Positions 45,116 through 47,319 of a stretch of DNA of 47,319 nucleotides are shown here, in pieces; positions within the stretch are counted from its first letter, which is position 1, and each line of letters opens with the position of its first letter. Both the position numbers and the translations under genes were made by a program. A model generated the notes under the pieces. The model did not search any database. It was not told the DNA's origin and worked only from the letters and a program-made list of their open reading frames with translations. The stretch spans positions 1 to 47,319 of IMG/VR virus record IMGVR_UViG_3300044260_000040. One strand, written 5' to 3'. This stretch comes from a virus. Taxonomy: Duplodnaviria; Caudoviricetes.

Positions 45116-45757
45116 CTACCAGCGGCGGGCGGCCTTGACATCAGCGATGATGCGGTCAGGGTCGCCCGCTGCGCCTTTGTACTGCTCAATCCAGTCGGGC
45201 TTGACCGCGCCCTCCATCGTCTCCTCCGGCTTCCGCGTGTGTTCGAAGGCGACGATGGTGCCCTGAACTGCGTGGAAGGGAGCGATGGCGCGGGCCAGCC
45301 CGAGGAACGCAGCGTCCTCCCAGCCCCAGTCCGTGAAGCGCTCGTCCCACCCGCCCATGCGTTCGAACAAGGCGCGCGCGATGGCGAGGTTGCCGCTGTT
45401 CATCACCGGCCCGGTGCACACGCGGGGCACAGACTGGCCGGTGTACGGGTTCATGCTCAGGAAGCGCGTGTACGGCTGGACAAGGCTCTCATCCTCGGCG
45501 GCCATGCGCACTGCCTCTCGCAGTTGCGCGGGCGGGATGTAGGTGTCCGCGTCGTTGAACACCAGCACGTCCACATCGCCCGCCATGACGGCGGCGCGAT
45601 TGCGCGCTTGGCACAGGTTGAATGGGAGGTCGGGGTCGCTGTCTCCGACGCATACGGTGTAGCCCTCCCGGGCGAGGCCGGTCTGGACTTGCGCCCAGAT
45701 GGCCTCGCGGGAGGGGACGCCGCCGCGCCAAGGCACGCAGACGGCGAAGGTGGTCAT
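45116..45757 (-). CDS. Glycosyltransferase (GT2 / galactosyltransferase C-terminal-like)
   Basis: VCVPWR, FN..QARN, VFNDADT, GGWDERF.DWGWED. Confidence 0.9.
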   Translation of the reverse strand: MTTFAVCVPWRGGVPSREAIWAQVQTGLAREGYTVCVGDSDPDLPFNLCQARNRAAVMAGDVDVLVFNDADTYIPPAQLREAVRMAAEDESLVQPYTRFLSMNPYTGQSVPRVCTGPVMNSGNLAIARALFERMGGWDERFTDWGWEDAAFLGLARAIAPFHAVQGTIVAFEHTRKPEETMEGAVKPDWIEQYKGAAGDPDRIIADVKAARRW

Positions 45758-46398
45758 CGGTGGCGGCCCTCAGTGACCTCGGACCAGCCGCCACCCGGGT
45801 CCCAGATGCGCGGCGGGCGAAGCCAGCCTCGCTCCAGCATGGCGTCGTACATGTGCCAGTGGCTGTGCACGTCAGACATGACGCGCTGCGCCGTCTTGCA
45901 CAGGCCCTCCGGCGTGAGGCGGTTGGCCTCGCGCCAGTCTCGCTGTGACATGTGGCGCTTCTCGACAGCGATGCCGATGGGACAGGTCGGCTGAAGCTGC
46001 TCCAGCAGGAACTCCTGCGTAGCAGGAACGTCTGCCTTCACGAACATGTCTAGCTTGGTATCGTGCGTGCGCTTCGACCCAAGCATGGGCATGTCCAACT
46101 CGTACAGTGCGCCATTGATGATGGGCAAGTCGTGCTTGCGAATGTAGTGCCCGGTCACAAGGTCGGCCTGCTCGTACACCTGCAGGAACTGCTCCAGCAG
46201 GCGCACAGGGCCGTCCTCGCCGGGCTCCAGCAGAGCCACAGTCAGCGAGTCGTGGTCGCCATGCCACATCCACGCGATGGCCGTGATTTCGGCGGTGGGC
46301 CGGTCCGCCATCCAGTAGGACAGCGGTCGATTTTCGATGTCGAAGTCAAGGATGCGAGTCTCCCGCGCATCTGGCGGGAAGAACTCATGCGCCAGCAT
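45754..46398 (-). CDS. RNase H-like (DnaQ/PolB-type) 3'-5' exonuclease
   Basis: LDFDIE (ExoI), TGHYIRKHDLP (ExoII), HDT, SDV (ExoIII). Confidence 0.8.
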   Translation of the reverse strand: MLAHEFFPPDARETRILDFDIENRPLSYWMADRPTAEITAIAWMWHGDHDSLTVALLEPGEDGPVRLLEQFLQVYEQADLVTGHYIRKHDLPIINGALYELDMPMLGSKRTHDTKLDMFVKADVPATQEFLLEQLQPTCPIGIAVEKRHMSQRDWREANRLTPEGLCKTAQRVMSDVHSHWHMYDAMLERGWLRPPRIWDPGGGWSEVTEGRHR

Positions 46399-46600
46399 CA
46401 AGCAGCCTTCGCGCTTCGGACTCCAAGTCGAGCACCTGCGGCACGCTGCCACGGACTCGGGCTTCGAACTCCGCCTTCCACTCGGGCAGCGAGCGCGCCA
46501 CCTCTGCGTCGGCCATCAGCGCGTAACGCAAGCGGACTTCTGTGCGCCTGCTCTTGATGAACTGGGCCTTCGCCACCTCAAAGTCAGTCGGTGAGGCCAT
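46385..46600 (-). CDS. Hypothetical protein
   Basis: GAGGAG SD before MASPTDF. Confidence 0.55.
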   Translation of the reverse strand: MASPTDFEVAKAQFIKSRRTEVRLRYALMADAEVARSLPEWKAEFEARVRGSVPQVLDLESEARRLLDAGA

Positions 46601-46817
46601 AAGCTCGGAGTCTCCTCTTCGCGTTCTGCAGGGTATCCGTCGCCATGATGGCGCCGGGGTGCGTCTCGCGGTAGCGAGCACGAGTAATCGCATTGGCGCC
46701 AGAGGCGACCCTGTTCCGGTCTCTCCACGCCATGCACGGGACGCAGGTGCCGTGATGTCCGCGAGTCACGGGCATGCCGGGGTGGCGTGCCTCGTGGTCT
46801 ACTGGGCTACGCGGCAT
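46584..46817 (-). CDS. Small basic Cys/His protein (start uncertain)
   Basis: HHGTCVPC followed by Arg-rich helix. Confidence 0.45.
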   Translation of the reverse strand: MPRSPVDHEARHPGMPVTRGHHGTCVPCMAWRDRNRVASGANAITRARYRETHPGAIMATDTLQNAKRRLRAYGLTD

Positions 46818-47031
46818 GCCGGTTGCGGTGGCGCCTGACAGCGCCCTCCGACACGTTCACGCCCCGGCGTGCGAGGGCCCGCACAACGGCCGTGTTACCC
46901 ACGACGCTGATGGGCAGAGAAAGCTCTGCGCACCACTCGTCGCACTCGGCCGTGGTCAGGCTCGCAAGGTACGCACAGAGCTTGCAGGCGTTGCCGGGCG
47001 GGTCGCCCGCAAGCTCGTCATGCAGTCTCAC
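46807..47031 (-). CDS. Small Zn/HTH-like protein
   Basis: CKLC...RAL..RG.NVSEGAVRRHR..H; GTGA coupling to the holin. Confidence 0.6.
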   Translation of the reverse strand: MRLHDELAGDPPGNACKLCAYLASLTTAECDEWCAELSLPISVVGNTAVVRALARRGVNVSEGAVRRHRNRHAA

Positions 47032-47216
47032 TTGGCGACAGGCGTGACCTGCGACCGCGTGAGCAGGCCGAGGATGATGGCCGTGACAGCCACGATGGCG
47101 CCTGTCTGGTCGGCCGTAAGCTGCAGCCCGAAGGCCACCGCGAGGACGATGATTGCCTGCACGAAGGCGAGCACCATGGCGGGCTCGCGGCCCCACAGGT
47201 TCTGAAGTCCGGTCAC
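47028..47216 (-). CDS. Putative holin (2 TM)
   Basis: REPA....(A)FGL.L..DQ..AI......LL.R.QVTP, the pattern of small actinophage-type holins. Confidence 0.75.
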   Translation of the reverse strand: MTGLQNLWGREPAMVLAFVQAIIVLAVAFGLQLTADQTGAIVAVTAIILGLLTRSQVTPVAK

Positions 47217-47319
47217 TCTGGCTCTCCCACTAGGTTGATGTCCACTCCGGTGGCGTTGACGATGGCCTCTGCGACAGCCTCGTCGCTTCGGACCGTTGCT
47301 GATGCGTACTCGGACGGCA
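47193..47319. repeat. Terminal direct repeat, right copy
   Basis: Identical to 1-127. Confidence 0.95.

Noticed and set aside
47193-47319. 127-bp terminal repeat as a biological DTR
   Set aside because: 127 is a common assembler k-mer length and the repeat cuts through coding sequence. It indicates circular assembly, not physical genome ends.
1-47319. Alternative genetic code
   Set aside because: Genes tile densely under code 11, with TGA, TAA and TAG all used as stops.

Overview
The window is an apparently complete, circularly assembled, GC-rich dsDNA tailed-phage genome. Bases 1-127 are repeated exactly at 47193-47319, so the unique length is about 47,192 bp. A leftward (minus-strand) arm runs from about 13,000 down to 1 and wraps round from 47,216 to 45,116. 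It carries an amidoligase, a class II glutamine amidotransferase, many small Cys/His-rich and membrane proteins, a PD-(D/E)XK exonuclease, a secreted Pro/Thr-rich protein, nucleotide-metabolism genes, a holin, an RNase H-like exonuclease and a glycosyltransferase. A non-coding divergence zone (about 12,960-13,800) holds sigma70-type promoters and an iteron-like origin. The rightward arm carries SSB-like, Prim-Pol/AAA_25 replicase, VRR-NUC, terminase, portal, two giant putative ejection proteins, scaffold, N4-gp56-type capsid, adaptor, two Dit-like paralogs, a hub/receptor-binding protein, a collagen-like protein, a His-rich triple-collar fibre, a GT2-TPR glycosyltransferase and lysis genes. 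I saw no integrase, repressor, tape measure protein, tail tube or replicative DNA polymerase. The most striking observations are: (1) an 85-nt anticodon-less tRNA-like RNA with alanine identity that exactly fills the convergence gap; (2) a fibre made of three complete collar/His-needle modules in one chain, with 28 His in register each; (3) siphoviral tail-tip parts without a tail; (4) a GH25-esterase fusion endolysin; (5) a repeated promoter/operator cassette structure in the early region. All functional calls come from motif recognition by eye, with no database searches.
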